From Gammaproteobacteria bacterium (lineage in GTDB: Bacteria > Pseudomonadota > Gammaproteobacteria > JAIEPX01), in the NCBI GenBank assembly GCA_019748175.1, contig JAIEPX010000004.1:49115-113114 (forward strand): DNA of 64,000 nucleotides. The letters run 5' to 3'. Under the pieces are notes generated by a model. The model did no database searches and was not told the DNA's origin. It saw only the letters and a program-made list of their open reading frames with translations. This document shows positions 9,060 through 19,656 of the stretch, one piece after another (within the stretch, counting starts at the first letter, position 1; the number at the start of each line of letters is the position of its first letter). Made by a program: the position numbers and the translations under genes.

Positions 9060-9800
9060 ATGATCATGAGATATCTTTTAATACTGCTTTTATTGTACCC
9101 TTTTAACAACGTAGTCTATAGCTCGGACACATATCATAAAGTTGAAAAAAATAGATTCTATATGCTTAGTCTTGATGTACCTAAGGCCATCATGTCTATT
9201 GATCCGCTGAAAGATAATGTGCTCAATCGATTCAAATCTGCAGCGGATGAAACCAAAAAAAATGCTGACGAAGAAAAAACGAGGCACTCTGGATATTTTC
9301 CACCTCTTTCATTAGAGACAAAATGGCAAATTACATTTGAAAACAAATCTGTAATTAGCATTTCAGGCATTACTTATGAATACCAAGGTGGCGCTCATCC
9401 TGATACCTATTTTCAAACAATTGTTTGGGATAAGATAAATAACCGAGACATTCCAATCACTGAATTATTTAGAAAAGACAAAGTTGACCTTGCACTCAAA
9501 GCAATCGCTGAATCAGCTCAGAAGTCTTGGATAAAAATTTATACACAACGTACCGGCGAAAAACCAAGTCCCGATTTGGTAGAACAAACCAAACAGGAAA
9601 TAGCATCTGACCCCAAATTCTTAAAAAATTACACGCTTACTCATGCCAAGGGACATGCCACGATTAACGGCATCGAATTACTTTATGGCACAGGTGAAAT
9701 CTGGCCTTATGTACTCGGTGAATTTCGCATTCCTGTTCCACTCGCAGTTTTTAGCCAATATTTGGCGTCACCGCATCGAGAAAGTCTGCGCAAATATTGA
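9060..9800 (+). CDS. secreted DUF3298/DUF4163-like protein
   Basis: N-terminal signal-like segment MRYLLILLLLYPFNNVVYS. YEYQGGAHPDTYFQTIVWD resembles the DUF3298 (RsiV/PdaC-type) core. Its 3' end overlaps convergent gshB by 50 nt. Confidence 0.55.
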   Translation: MIMRYLLILLLLYPFNNVVYSSDTYHKVEKNRFYMLSLDVPKAIMSIDPLKDNVLNRFKSAADETKKNADEEKTRHSGYFPPLSLETKWQITFENKSVISISGITYEYQGGAHPDTYFQTIVWDKINNRDIPITELFRKDKVDLALKAIAESAQKSWIKIYTQRTGEKPSPDLVEQTKQEIASDPKFLKNYTLTHAKGHATINGIELLYGTGEIWPYVLGEFRIPVPLAVFSQYLASPHRESLRKY

Positions 9801-10698
9801 TGCCGTAGATTTTTTCGAGCTCACGAACGCATGTTGGGCTGGTAACGTTTATTTCAGTTAAATAGTCACCGATAACATCGAGGCCTACGAGAAGTAATTT
9901 TTTTTCGCGAAGCGTGGGTCCGACCTGCGAACAAATCCAGTGATCACGTTCGGTCAGTTCAACTCCAACACCTGTACCTCCAGCAGCTAAATTACCACGA
10001 ATTTCACCAGCTTTTGGAATTCTGGCTAAAGCGTATGATATAGGCTCACCGTTAATCATAATGATGCGTTTGTCACCTTGCGAAATTTCGGGGATAAATT
10101 TCTGGGCCATTATATAAGAAGTTTCATTTTTAGTGAGCGTTTCAATTACAACCATCTTATTAACATCGTGTTGAGTTAGCCTGAATATTGAACCTCCGCC
10201 CATACCATCAAGAGGTTTTAGTACAACATCTTTATGCTCATCAATAAAGTCTTTTAATTGATTCGCATTACGAGTGACCAACGTTGGGGGTGTACATTGA
10301 GGAAACCAAGCAATAAATAATTTTTCATTGGCATCTCGAAGGCTCTGAGGTTTATTAAAAACTTTCACGCCTGATTTTTCAGCCAACTCTAGCAAATAGG
10401 TTGTATAAACATATTCTGTATTAAATGGAGGATCTTTTCGCATTAAAATAATATCAAAATATTTTAACTCTTGAAATTTCTCATCGATAATGTCAAACCA
10501 ATGTTCTGAATTATCATACAGTTTTACTTGATCACAACGTGAGCTTACAACCCCATCTTTTAAAAATAAATCTTTTTGCTCCATTACATGAACTTCCCAA
10601 TTACGACGCTGCGCTTCCAACATTATCGCAAAGGTTGTGTCTTTAGGCGGATTAATTGAAGTAATGGGATCCATCACGACCGCTAATTTAATGCTCAT
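9751..10698 (-). CDS. gshB: glutathione synthetase
   Basis: MSIKLAVVMDPITSINPPKDTTFAIMLEAQRRNWEV and the ATP-grasp body (GMGGGSIFR, GDKRIIMINGEP, IRGNLAAGG) are collinear with E. coli GshB. Confidence 0.92.
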   Translation of the reverse strand: MSIKLAVVMDPITSINPPKDTTFAIMLEAQRRNWEVHVMEQKDLFLKDGVVSSRCDQVKLYDNSEHWFDIIDEKFQELKYFDIILMRKDPPFNTEYVYTTYLLELAEKSGVKVFNKPQSLRDANEKLFIAWFPQCTPPTLVTRNANQLKDFIDEHKDVVLKPLDGMGGGSIFRLTQHDVNKMVVIETLTKNETSYIMAQKFIPEISQGDKRIIMINGEPISYALARIPKAGEIRGNLAAGGTGVGVELTERDHWICSQVGPTLREKKLLLVGLDVIGDYLTEINVTSPTCVRELEKIYGINICADFLDAVTPNIG

Positions 10699-11980
10699 GT
10701 TGTAGTTCCTTCATTTCACGAGCTGCTGCTAACGCAGCCAATCGTGCGATCACACCATAACTGTAAAAACGATTGGTACTTTCGTGATTGCTACCGCATG
10801 GATCGATACAGGCTTCAGCAAAGGCCAATGGTTCAAAATTCATTCCTGGCGCATTAAGATTTTCGTCTATACCACGGTCTGCATGGACACGATAGAAACC
10901 TCCGATCACATGATTTCCGATCATATATACGACGGGTTCAGCCACCGATTCTTTTTCCCCTACTGTTTCAAAAGTATAAACGCCTTCTTGAATAATCACA
11001 CGTGACACGGATTGCCCACCTTTAAGAGCAGCCATTTTTGTTCTTTGCTTCCGATTTAACTGCGTCAATTCTTGTGGGTCTTTGATCATCATCACTGCCA
11101 TACCGTATGTGCCTGAATCCGCTTTTACAACAAGAAACGGATCATCTTGAATATTATACTCTTGATATTTCACCTTCACAGCATTAAACAACGTTGTTGC
11201 ATTACGCACTAAACATTCTTCACCTTCACGCGTCATAAAATTTATTTCTCCACAATATCGAAATAGTGGAGAAATAAGCCAAGGATCTAAATTTAATTCA
11301 CGCGCGAATTCACTCGTTACATTCGCAAAATGTTGAAAATGAGCTGATTTTAATCGTTTCGCCCAACCTAGTTCTGCAGGTGGCATCACAAGTTGATCTA
11401 GATTTTCAAAAATAGGTGGGACACCTGTTGATAAATCATTATTAAGTATTACACAACACGGAAAATAATCCTCTACTCCAATTTTGTTTTCTCTACGAAT
11501 AGCCCGCTCTAAAACTATTTGACGCCCTGAGGGCAAATCGATTTTAGTGGATTGCTCGAGATCTTTCGAAAGAGAACCGATACGTACAGCAAAACCTGCT
11601 TTAGTAATGATTTCTTGTAACGTTGCCAAACTTTCCAGGTAAAAAATATTGCGCGTATGGCTTTCCGGAATAATTAAAAAGTCAACTGTTTCAGGGCAGA
11701 GTTTTTCTGCAGCATTTTGCACCGCTTGAATCGCTAAAGGTATAAATTCTGGATTAAGATTATTGAATCCCGCTGGAAATAAATTCGTATCCACTGGCGC
11801 TAATTTGTAACCTGCGTTTCGTAGATCAACTGAACTATAGAACGGGGGCGGAGTTAATCGCCATTGAGCTCGTAACCAGGTTTCAATACCCACCTGATGA
11901 TTCAGCAGATCCTGTTCTAATTTCAACAAAGGGCCTGTCAACGAGGTTTTTAAATGAGGTACTTCGATTTTATGAGTCAC
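10688..11980 (-). CDS. gshA: glutamate--cysteine ligase (short proteobacterial type usually found next to gshB)
   Basis: 430-aa ORF overlapping gshB by 11 nt. Its size and context fit the non-enterobacterial gamma-glutamylcysteine ligase family (Acidithiobacillus type). The family assignment is from memory and is not motif-proven. Confidence 0.7.
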   Translation of the reverse strand: MTHKIEVPHLKTSLTGPLLKLEQDLLNHQVGIETWLRAQWRLTPPPFYSSVDLRNAGYKLAPVDTNLFPAGFNNLNPEFIPLAIQAVQNAAEKLCPETVDFLIIPESHTRNIFYLESLATLQEIITKAGFAVRIGSLSKDLEQSTKIDLPSGRQIVLERAIRRENKIGVEDYFPCCVILNNDLSTGVPPIFENLDQLVMPPAELGWAKRLKSAHFQHFANVTSEFARELNLDPWLISPLFRYCGEINFMTREGEECLVRNATTLFNAVKVKYQEYNIQDDPFLVVKADSGTYGMAVMMIKDPQELTQLNRKQRTKMAALKGGQSVSRVIIQEGVYTFETVGEKESVAEPVVYMIGNHVIGGFYRVHADRGIDENLNAPGMNFEPLAFAEACIDPCGSNHESTNRFYSYGVIARLAALAAAREMKELQHEH

Positions 11981-12026
11981 CCTCTTTCTCCCTACTTACT
12001 CAAAGTAACAATAGTAGCAGATAATA

Positions 12027-12112
12027 GGGGGTCAAGTCTTGAATTATGAATTTAAGCTCACCCATTAACATTATTGGGTGAGCTTAAATTCATAATTCAA
12101 GACTTGACCCCC
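12027..12112. repeat. perfect 38-bp inverted repeat with a 10-nt spacer in the gshA/djlA divergent intergenic region
   Basis: The left arm GGGGGTCAAGTCTTGAATTATGAATTTAAGCTCACCCA (12027-12064) is the exact reverse complement of 12075-12112. The loop is TTAACATTAT. Confidence 0.95.
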
Positions 12113-12151
12113 TCCTGTGAAAACCACGCCACTACTGATATAGTTAGGATT

Positions 12152-12997
12152 ATGCATTATCTAGGTAAATTATTAGGTTTCATTGCGGGCTGGATGTTAG
12201 GCGGGCCGATGGGCGCCATCTTTGGTCTTCTTATAGGCCAATATTTTGACTTATCGGCGTCCGGATATTGGAGTGCGCCTCATCAAAAGTATCAGACTAC
12301 AGGAGAATCTTTTAGTCGCGCTGCAGCACAGCGAGCTTTCTTCGAGTCAACATTCCTCGTCATGGGACACATTGCTAAAGCCAGTGGTCGAGTTGGTGAA
12401 GGCGAAATTCAGGCCGCTCGCATAATTATGCGCAACATGAATCTAAGCTCAACATTAAAACGCGAAGCCATTGAATTTTTCACTCGAGGCAAGGAGCACC
12501 GCTTCAACCTTGAGGTAACCCTCGATAAGCTACTTCAAGCCTGCCAAGGTCAATTAGATGTCCTGCGTATGTTTGTTGACATACAGTTTCAAGCCGCAGC
12601 AGTTGAAGGGTTTATCAGCCCCCAAAAACGCGACGCTCTAGAACATATTTGTAGAGAATTAGGATTAAACTCAATGGATTTTTTCATTTTCCATCAGCGC
12701 CATCATCGACACTATCAGGAATATACCTATAATCAAAAAGCAGGTGCTGGAGCGGGCCCACAACGTCCTCGTTATACAAGCCCAATTCTTGAAGATCCTT
12801 ATAAAATACTGGGAGTTACTTCAAAAGCTACAGATGCTGAAGTGAAAAAAGCCTATCGAAAAAAAATCAGCGCGAATCATCCTGACAAACTCGTAGCAAA
12901 AGGACTACCTGAAGAGATGATTAAACTTGCCAACAAAAAAACTGCTGAAATTAAGAAAGCTTATGATACTATTGCCAAACAAAGGGGGATTAAATAA
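12152..12997 (+). CDS. djlA: co-chaperone DjlA (TM segment + TerB-like domain + C-terminal J domain)
   Basis: [32 protein letters not shown] resembles the DjlA N-terminus. C-terminal J domain: [35 protein letters not shown] 12152 is preferred. The track start at 12074 lies inside the palindrome. Confidence 0.85.
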   Translation: MHYLGKLLGFIAGWMLGGPMGAIFGLLIGQYFDLSASGYWSAPHQKYQTTGESFSRAAAQRAFFESTFLVMGHIAKASGRVGEGEIQAARIIMRNMNLSSTLKREAIEFFTRGKEHRFNLEVTLDKLLQACQGQLDVLRMFVDIQFQAAAVEGFISPQKRDALEHICRELGLNSMDFFIFHQRHHRHYQEYTYNQKAGAGAGPQRPRYTSPILEDPYKILGVTSKATDAEVKKAYRKKISANHPDKLVAKGLPEEMIKLANKKTAEIKKAYDTIAKQRGIK

Positions 12998-13671
12998 TGC
13001 CTGACTTCAAAATTGCGGCTTCAATTCTTTCAGCGAATTTCGCCAAACTCGGCGAAGAAGTAGATAACGTGTTATCAGCGGGAGCAGATTGGATTCATTT
13101 CGATGTAATGGATAATCATTATGTCCCCAATCTCACTGTTGGACCTATTGTTTGTGAATCATTGCGAAAATATGGCGTTCAAGCCCCCATTGATGTGCAT
13201 TTAATGGTTAAACCTGTTGATCGTATTATTACCGATTTTGCAAAAGCGGGCGCATCTTCGATTTCAATTCATCCTGAAGCAACTGAACATCTTGATCGTT
13301 CACTTAGTTTAATTCATGAATTAGGATGTGCTGCCGGACTTGCATTGAATCCAGCGACCCCTTTAGATTATTTAGAATTTGTACTTGATAAAATTGATCT
13401 AATACTCATCATGTCTGTTAACCCAGGTTTTGGCGGACAAACATTTATTGAATCTTCTTATGAGAAAATCAACAGAGTAAAAAAAATTATTCAAAACAGT
13501 GGGAGAGCGATTCGATTAGAAGTAGACGGTGGAATTAAGGCTGATAATATTGGAAAAATTGCCGCCGCAGGCGCCGACACTTTTGTTGCGGGCTCAGCAA
13601 TTTTCGGTAGCAAAGATTATACAGAAACTATCGCACGTTTTTACTCTGCATTAAAACACAGCCATCACTGA
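12997..13671 (+). CDS. rpe: ribulose-phosphate 3-epimerase
   Basis: [49 protein letters not shown] are canonical Rpe motifs. The start overlaps the djlA stop (TAATG). Confidence 0.93.
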   Translation: MPDFKIAASILSANFAKLGEEVDNVLSAGADWIHFDVMDNHYVPNLTVGPIVCESLRKYGVQAPIDVHLMVKPVDRIITDFAKAGASSISIHPEATEHLDRSLSLIHELGCAAGLALNPATPLDYLEFVLDKIDLILIMSVNPGFGGQTFIESSYEKINRVKKIIQNSGRAIRLEVDGGIKADNIGKIAAAGADTFVAGSAIFGSKDYTETIARFYSALKHSHH

Positions 13672-14319
13672 TTAAACCCAATATGCAACAGATGTCATGA
13701 CTTTTGACATTGCAGTCATTGCAAATTTGATTGGTGAAGGCAAATCTTTTCCGCCTGCCGCTGATGCTGCAGCAGCATGTTTTGCTTCATCTTTTCGCAT
13801 TTGAGACACAATTGCTCTACTTTTCCGGTCACTAGAAGGAAGTTTTTCTAAATGAGAATCTAAATGTCCAACCACTTGATTTTCAGTTTCAGCAACAAAA
13901 CCTAAACTCCAGCGATCACCAATGATTCCAGCGGTAACACCCAGCGCAAAAGACCCGGCAAACCAAAGAGGATTTAAATAACTTGTATGACTATCTAACT
14001 CATGAATTCGTTCTGCACACCATGCTAAATGATCTACTTCTTCATCTGCCGCTTCACGCATTTTTTGACGTACTTCTTCTTGACGTCCTGTGAGCGCTTG
14101 GCCAGCATACAAAGCTTGTGCACACACTTCACCCACATGATTAATTCGCATTAAACCTGCACTATGTTTTGATTCACTCTCCGAAAGTTTTGTTTGTGGT
14201 TCATTTTCAGCAGGATTTAGACGATGAGCGACGGGATTTGCGAATAATGTACGCAATCCAAGATCCATTTGGACGATCAATGAATCCAAAAAATTTCGCG
14301 ACGATCGATTATTGTTCAT
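13672..14319 (-). CDS. coq7: demethoxyubiquinone hydroxylase Coq7 (diiron)
   Basis: GLMRINHVGEVCAQALYAGQ, EEVDHLAWC, VAETENQVVGHL and DEAKHA are the diiron EXXH pairs of Coq7, collinear with Pseudomonas Coq7. ATG 14319 has GGGAG upstream and is preferred to 14418. Confidence 0.88.
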   Translation of the reverse strand: MNNNRSSRNFLDSLIVQMDLGLRTLFANPVAHRLNPAENEPQTKLSESESKHSAGLMRINHVGEVCAQALYAGQALTGRQEEVRQKMREAADEEVDHLAWCAERIHELDSHTSYLNPLWFAGSFALGVTAGIIGDRWSLGFVAETENQVVGHLDSHLEKLPSSDRKSRAIVSQMRKDEAKHAAAASAAGGKDLPSPIKFAMTAMSKVMTSVAYWV

Positions 14320-14368
14320 AGCATCTCCCGGTTGAGAATTTTGGATGTTTTGCCACCTCATTACATCA

Positions 14369-15481
14369 TCATAAAGAAAAAAACTTTTCCACTTCATCTT
14401 TTTTCTGCATCGTATCATTGTAGCCTATTTCAATTAAATCTTCAGTATAAGCTGCTTCAAACAATAAAAAGCTTAAAAAGTCACCACTTTGTTCTTTTTC
14501 TCCAAATGAATTCATAAGATAACGCAGTAAAAAAGGCATTACGACTTCTTTTTGAGTAGCGATACGCGCCAAATCAATTGAGGGGGTAAGATAGAGAATT
14601 TTTAATTCACGCCAAGCCGATTTGCCGCGTGTTTCGGAATCCATCAATTGATAATTGTAATTAATAGTATTCATATGCTCCAAATCTCGATCTAGATTAT
14701 CTAAAAAAGCATTGAACATCATACCAAGAATTTTCGAAAAATTTACATCTGTAATCGATTGAAGGCTATTCAGCGCGTCAATTTCGGGCGTTTTTCGTGT
14801 ACCTATAATTAATATGGCTTCAGCACCTAATTTAATTGATGCTCGGAGCGGTGATGAATGTCGTAATCCCCCATCACCATAGTGCATATTGTCAATTTTT
14901 TCAGCGGGAAAAAACATAGGAAATGCGGATGAAGCCATAATATGTTCAGCAGTAATCACCGCTTGTTGAGAATAGTGCCGAATTTTTCTCCATCCAAGCG
15001 CAGGATCTTGTGAATGAACAAATGAGATTGTCTGCGAACTATCATAACACGTCGTAGCCACTTCAAATGCCGCTAGAATTCCTTGATCGATATTTTTTTT
15101 AATGCGATCAAAATCAATATGTTCGTTTAGCAACACACGCAAGGGGTCAGTATCTAATAAATGTTGACCACCAGACAAATTCAGATGAAAGGCCATACTT
15201 GCAAAATTTCGCATTACAGATTTTGCCAACGATAAATTACCCGCGCGGAAAATTTGCTCTGAAGTCAAAGAGCCCCATAATTTGATCATGTGGTTGGTGC
15301 CTACTCTAAAATCATCCGCATAAGCAGCAAGATGAGCACCATTAATAGCACCCGCGCTTACAGTGCTTAATATAGATGCAGGAAATTGTCCCCCGCCCAG
15401 AATGTCGCAAATACATTTGAGAACACCGGCTTGGTAGGCTCCTCGCGCACCTCCTCCTGATAAAAAGATCGCTTTATTCAC
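14369..15481 (-). CDS. patatin-like phospholipase
   Basis: Oxyanion motif LSGGGARGAYQAGV, nucleophile elbow GxSxG (TVSAGAING), and catalytic Asp in YGDGGL. Confidence 0.85.
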   Translation of the reverse strand: MNKAIFLSGGGARGAYQAGVLKCICDILGGGQFPASILSTVSAGAINGAHLAAYADDFRVGTNHMIKLWGSLTSEQIFRAGNLSLAKSVMRNFASMAFHLNLSGGQHLLDTDPLRVLLNEHIDFDRIKKNIDQGILAAFEVATTCYDSSQTISFVHSQDPALGWRKIRHYSQQAVITAEHIMASSAFPMFFPAEKIDNMHYGDGGLRHSSPLRASIKLGAEAILIIGTRKTPEIDALNSLQSITDVNFSKILGMMFNAFLDNLDRDLEHMNTINYNYQLMDSETRGKSAWRELKILYLTPSIDLARIATQKEVVMPFLLRYLMNSFGEKEQSGDFLSFLLFEAAYTEDLIEIGYNDTMQKKDEVEKFFSL

Positions 15482-15637
15482 ACTTTACCTCCCTTTGACA
15501 AGCACAACCCGTATTAATACTGTCTGATTTTACCATTAGTAGTCTTCACAGCAATCTTTTTCTCATAGACAATATGAAGCATGTGGTTATAATGGCACTA
15601 GCTTCTCGATTTAACATTTTTTGAGTTCATAGAGACA

Positions 15638-17893
15638 ATGACGAAACAGACTAACGGGTTTGAAAGCACTTTTGAACAAGTGCCTCTACGTACGTTCACT
15701 GAAAAAGCATACCTTGATTATTCAATGTATGTGATTCTTGATCGTGCCCTACCCAATATTTGCGATGGGCTAAAACCTGTTCAACGACGAATCGTCTATG
15801 CGATGTCTGAGCTAGGATTAAAAGCGACTGCAAAATACAAAAAATCTGCACGTACTGTGGGTGACGTCCTTGGTAAATTTCATCCCCACGGTGACAGCGC
15901 CTGTTATGAAGCCATGGTGTTAATGGCACAAGATTTCTCCTATCGTTACCCTTTAGTTGATGGCCAAGGAAACTGGGGTTCTTCTGATGATCCAAAATCT
16001 TTTGCTGCTATGCGTTATACTGAAGCGCGATTATCGCCTTACGCCGAAGTCCTATTAAGTGAACTCGGGCATGGCACTGTTGATTGGGTACCGAATTTTG
16101 ACGGCACTCTCGATGAACCCGCATTACTGCCCGCACGTTTACCTAATATTCTCTTAAATGGCGGGACAGGTATTGCAGTTGGCATGGCCACTGACGTTCC
16201 TCCACATAATCTTCGCGAAGTCGCTCAAGCTTGTGTAACATTACTAGACAATCCTTCTGCTTCTCTAAAAGAAATTTGCGAAATTATTCAAGGCCCTGAT
16301 TACCCTACAGGCGCAGAAATTATTACACCACGCTCCGAAATTTTAAACATGTATCGCGAAGGAACAGGTTCAATAAAACAACGCGCTGTTTATCAATTGG
16401 AAGAGGGTGATATTGTCATCACAGCATTACCTCACCAAACATCGCCCGCTAAAATTATTGAACAGATTGCTGCTCAAATGCAGAATAAAAAATTACCCAT
16501 GGTCGACGATTTACGCGATGAATCTGATCACAAAGATCCTGTGCGTCTTGTTATTTCACCTCGCTCCAATCGTATTGACACTGACGAATTAATGGCGCAT
16601 CTCTTTGCAACAACTGATTTAGAGAAAAATTTCCGCGTCAACTTAAATATGATCGGCATCGATGGAAAACCACAAGTCAAAGGATTGATCACAATTTTAA
16701 CTGAGTGGCTAGAATTCCGACAAGAAACAGTACGCCGACGTTTACAACACCGACTCGATAAAGTACTTGCCCGCTTGCATATTTTAGATGGTTTGTTAAT
16801 TGCATTTTTAAACATTGATGAAGTCATTGCAATTATTCGAACCGAGGACAAACCCAAAGCTGTCTTGATGAGCCGATTTAAGTTAACAGACGAACAAGCC
16901 GAAGCTATACTCGAATTAAAATTACGTCACTTAGCAAAATTAGAAGAAATTGCGATTCGTGGTGAGCAAGATGAATTAAGTAAAGAACGCGATGAACTTG
17001 AAAAAATATTGGGCTCTACTCGTCGACTCAAAACACTCATTCGTAAAGAAATCGAAGCGGATGCCATTAAATACGGCGATGAAAGACGCTCGGCTATTGT
17101 ACAACGCGCAGAAGCTCTAGCCATTCGTGAAGATCAAATGATTTCTGCTGAACCTATTACCATTATTATGTCTGCACAAGGTTGGATTAGAGCAGGTAAA
17201 GGCCATGAGATTGATGGCAAACAATTAAATTACAAAGCAGGCGATCAATTTAAAGCACAAGTGTATGGACGATCGACATTGCCCGTGATATTTCTTGACT
17301 CGACGGGTCGCAGCTATAGTTTGCCAGGACATAATTTACCTTCTGCACGAGGCCAAGGCGAACCACTAACAGGACGATTAAAACCAGAGCCTGGCGCAAC
17401 TTTCGAAGCTATTCTCACCGGTGAAATGAATCAAATCTATCTTATCGTCTCCGATGCAGGCTATGGATTTATCACTGAACTTGAAAATCTCATTAGTAAA
17501 AATCGAGCCGGCAAAGCACTTCTCGCTTTGCCAAAAGGTGCAAAAGCCCTCGCTCCTCAACTTGTCACTGATTTAGAAACACAATATTTAGCAGCGATTA
17601 GTAATGAAGGCAGAATGTTATTATTCCCTATTGCAGAATTACCAAAACTTCCTCGCGGCAAAGGAAATAAAATTATGAATATTCCGTCTGCACGCGTAGC
17701 AAATCGTGAAGAATATTTAGTTGCCGTTGCAATACTCAACGAAAAATCAAGCCTCACACTTCACTCTGGAAAAAGACATTTAACAATAAAACCTGCCGAT
17801 TTAGCGTATTATCAAGGCGAACGAGGACGTAGAGGCAATATGTTACCTCGTGGATTCCGTAAGATCGATTTTGCAGAATCAACGAATGGGTGA
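15638..17893 (+). CDS. parC: DNA topoisomerase IV subunit A
   Basis: 751 aa. [50 protein letters not shown], and active-site AAMRYTE. The length and the shorter C-terminal domain fit ParC rather than GyrA. Confidence 0.92.
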   Translation: MTKQTNGFESTFEQVPLRTFTEKAYLDYSMYVILDRALPNICDGLKPVQRRIVYAMSELGLKATAKYKKSARTVGDVLGKFHPHGDSACYEAMVLMAQDFSYRYPLVDGQGNWGSSDDPKSFAAMRYTEARLSPYAEVLLSELGHGTVDWVPNFDGTLDEPALLPARLPNILLNGGTGIAVGMATDVPPHNLREVAQACVTLLDNPSASLKEICEIIQGPDYPTGAEIITPRSEILNMYREGTGSIKQRAVYQLEEGDIVITALPHQTSPAKIIEQIAAQMQNKKLPMVDDLRDESDHKDPVRLVISPRSNRIDTDELMAHLFATTDLEKNFRVNLNMIGIDGKPQVKGLITILTEWLEFRQETVRRRLQHRLDKVLARLHILDGLLIAFLNIDEVIAIIRTEDKPKAVLMSRFKLTDEQAEAILELKLRHLAKLEEIAIRGEQDELSKERDELEKILGSTRRLKTLIRKEIEADAIKYGDERRSAIVQRAEALAIREDQMISAEPITIIMSAQGWIRAGKGHEIDGKQLNYKAGDQFKAQVYGRSTLPVIFLDSTGRSYSLPGHNLPSARGQGEPLTGRLKPEPGATFEAILTGEMNQIYLIVSDAGYGFITELENLISKNRAGKALLALPKGAKALAPQLVTDLETQYLAAISNEGRMLLFPIAELPKLPRGKGNKIMNIPSARVANREEYLVAVAILNEKSSLTLHSGKRHLTIKPADLAYYQGERGRRGNMLPRGFRKIDFAESTNG

Positions 17894-17902
17894 GGAGATA
17901 CA

Positions 17903-18427
17903 ATGCTAGACTTCAGTTATATTGACCAATCATTACTACCTGGCGAAACCGTTGTGTACCGAACTCATCCTCACTGGATTATTTTTACTCCGACCATCAT
18001 TTGGGTTGTTGTGATGCTGTTGTCACTATTAATATTGCCCGATTTTCAATTTGGAAAAATGGCTCTTTTCAGCAACCGTCCTTTTTATCTGATTTTTGCT
18101 TTTATTGCATTATGCGGAGCAACTGTCAACGGAGTGGTAGCTTATATTCAATATCGCACATCTGAATACGGCATTACAAATAAGCGCGTCATTGTAAAAG
18201 TCGGTTTTATTCAACGCGCAACACTCGAAATTTTATTGCCAAGAATTGAAAGCATTCAAGTTGTTCAATCTGTATCTGGGCGACTTTTAGATTATGGAAC
18301 GATCATTATTGCAGGTACTGGTGGCAGTCGAGATGCTTTCCGTAATATGCCTTCTCCTCTGAAATTTCATCTCATTGCACAAGAACAAGCGGAACTAAAA
18401 AGCAGAAACAACAATGACGGGAACTAA
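17903..18427 (+). CDS. membrane protein with bacterial PH domain (bPH_2/YdbS-like)
   Basis: Two TM helices followed by EYGITNKRVIVKVGFIQRATLEILLPRIESIQVVQSVSGRLLDYGTIII, the typical bPH_2 core. Confidence 0.7.
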   Translation: MLDFSYIDQSLLPGETVVYRTHPHWIIFTPTIIWVVVMLLSLLILPDFQFGKMALFSNRPFYLIFAFIALCGATVNGVVAYIQYRTSEYGITNKRVIVKVGFIQRATLEILLPRIESIQVVQSVSGRLLDYGTIIIAGTGGSRDAFRNMPSPLKFHLIAQEQAELKSRNNNDGN

Positions 18428-19628
18428 TAAATTATTTGGCGCCATTTTACTTATTGCAGGAACTTCAATCGGCGCAGGTATGCTCGCCCTCCCAGTAATT
18501 ACGGCACAATTTGGTTTCTTAGCCGCAATCACTCTATTCATCCTCTGCTGGGCCATCACCACTTACGCGGCTTTTTTAATGCTCGAAGCCAATTTATGGC
18601 TACCACCAGGCGCTAACATTATTTCAATGACAAAAGAAACGCTTGGAAAAAGTGGTGAGATTATTGCTAGCCTTGCTTATTTATTTTTGCTTTATTGTTT
18701 GATGGCCGCTTATTTATCAGGCATGAACTCACTCATCACGACTTCTAGTGAAAAAGTGGTTGGCTTCGCACTGCCCTCTTGGGGAACTACTTTATTTTTA
18801 GTTTCTATTTTCGGTATTGTTGTCACTCTTGGTACAAAATTAATCGATTATTTAAATCGCTTTTTAATACTCGGTTTTGTCATAAGTTATTTTGGACTTT
18901 TAGGCATTTCGGTTCCCAATATTCACATAGAACAACTGTACCATACGAATTTTATTGGCATGTGGTTAGCGCTACCCGTATTAGTGACCGCTTTCGGATA
19001 TCAAATTATCATACCTAGTTTACGTTTGTATCTTAACAGCGATGTCAAAATGCTCGTAAAAGCCATTCTCATTGGAAGCTTTATTCCGCTCATCGTTTAT
19101 ATATTATGGGAATTAGTTATCCTTGGAATCATTCCGTTGAATGGAGAACTGAGCTTAACCTCCATTCTACACACCAGCAGTCCTGAAATTGGTTGCACGA
19201 AAGCACTAGAAAAAATACTCAACAATCATCTTATTGGATCACTTTCTAGCGCTTTGGTATTTTTTGTTATCTCAACATCTTTCATCGGCGTCTCCCTCAG
19301 CTTATTTGATTTTATTGCTGATGGATTACATCTAACTCGCAGCACGTTTCATCGTCTCCTCATCGCAATCGTTGCTTTCACACCACCCTATATTTTTACT
19401 CTCACTTCTTCACATGCTTTTATCTCAGCATTGGGTTACGGCGGTATATTTGTGGCAATTCTCCTCATACTACTTCCCGTGACAATGGTCATGCGTGGTC
19501 GTTATGTGAAGACAAAAAAAAGTGCACTAACAACACCTGGCGGAAAGATTGGACTGCTGATGGCAATATTATTTTCACTTTGCGTTATTGTTGCTCAAAT
19601 AGCCACTTCTATATTGCAACACACTTAA
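18414..19628 (+). CDS. aromatic amino acid permease (HAAAP family, TyrP/Mtr-like)
   Basis: Collinear with E. coli TyrP: LIAGTSIGAGMLALP, LVTAFGYQIIIPSL, ATSFIGVSLSLFDFIADGL. 404 aa, multi-pass. Confidence 0.85.
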   Translation: MTGTNKLFGAILLIAGTSIGAGMLALPVITAQFGFLAAITLFILCWAITTYAAFLMLEANLWLPPGANIISMTKETLGKSGEIIASLAYLFLLYCLMAAYLSGMNSLITTSSEKVVGFALPSWGTTLFLVSIFGIVVTLGTKLIDYLNRFLILGFVISYFGLLGISVPNIHIEQLYHTNFIGMWLALPVLVTAFGYQIIIPSLRLYLNSDVKMLVKAILIGSFIPLIVYILWELVILGIIPLNGELSLTSILHTSSPEIGCTKALEKILNNHLIGSLSSALVFFVISTSFIGVSLSLFDFIADGLHLTRSTFHRLLIAIVAFTPPYIFTLTSSHAFISALGYGGIFVAILLILLPVTMVMRGRYVKTKKSALTTPGGKIGLLMAILFSLCVIVAQIATSILQHT

Positions 19629-19656
19629 TATCTCTAATTAGTTTTTTTATCTGATG

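Noticed and set aside
12100-12111. Shared 12-mer AGACTTGACCCC at 12100-12111, at 50665-50676 upstream of cca, and in reverse complement at 12028-12039. Shorter GGGGTCAAG / TTGACCCC matches occur at 24884 and 46784.
   Set aside because: It contains a TTGACC -35-like core, but I could not find properly spaced -10 hexamers. Only two independent loci share the full 12-mer, and I found it post hoc. That is not enough to call a motif family without a genome-wide count.
12074-12151. N-terminal extensions of track ORFs (djlA from 12074, coq7 to 14418, EVE to 7606, SURF1 from 53331, L,D-transpeptidase to 20439, OmpA from 20479, thpR from 44243)
   Set aside because: In each case an internal ATG with a Shine-Dalgarno-like sequence coincides with where homology or the signal peptide begins. 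The extension at 12074 is simply the right arm of the 38-bp palindrome.
13669-13674. Zero-nucleotide tail-to-tail junction between rpe (stop 13669-13671) and coq7 (stop 13672-13674)
   Set aside because: It is real in the sequence, but compact convergent gene ends are common in small genomes. There is no further structure to interpret.
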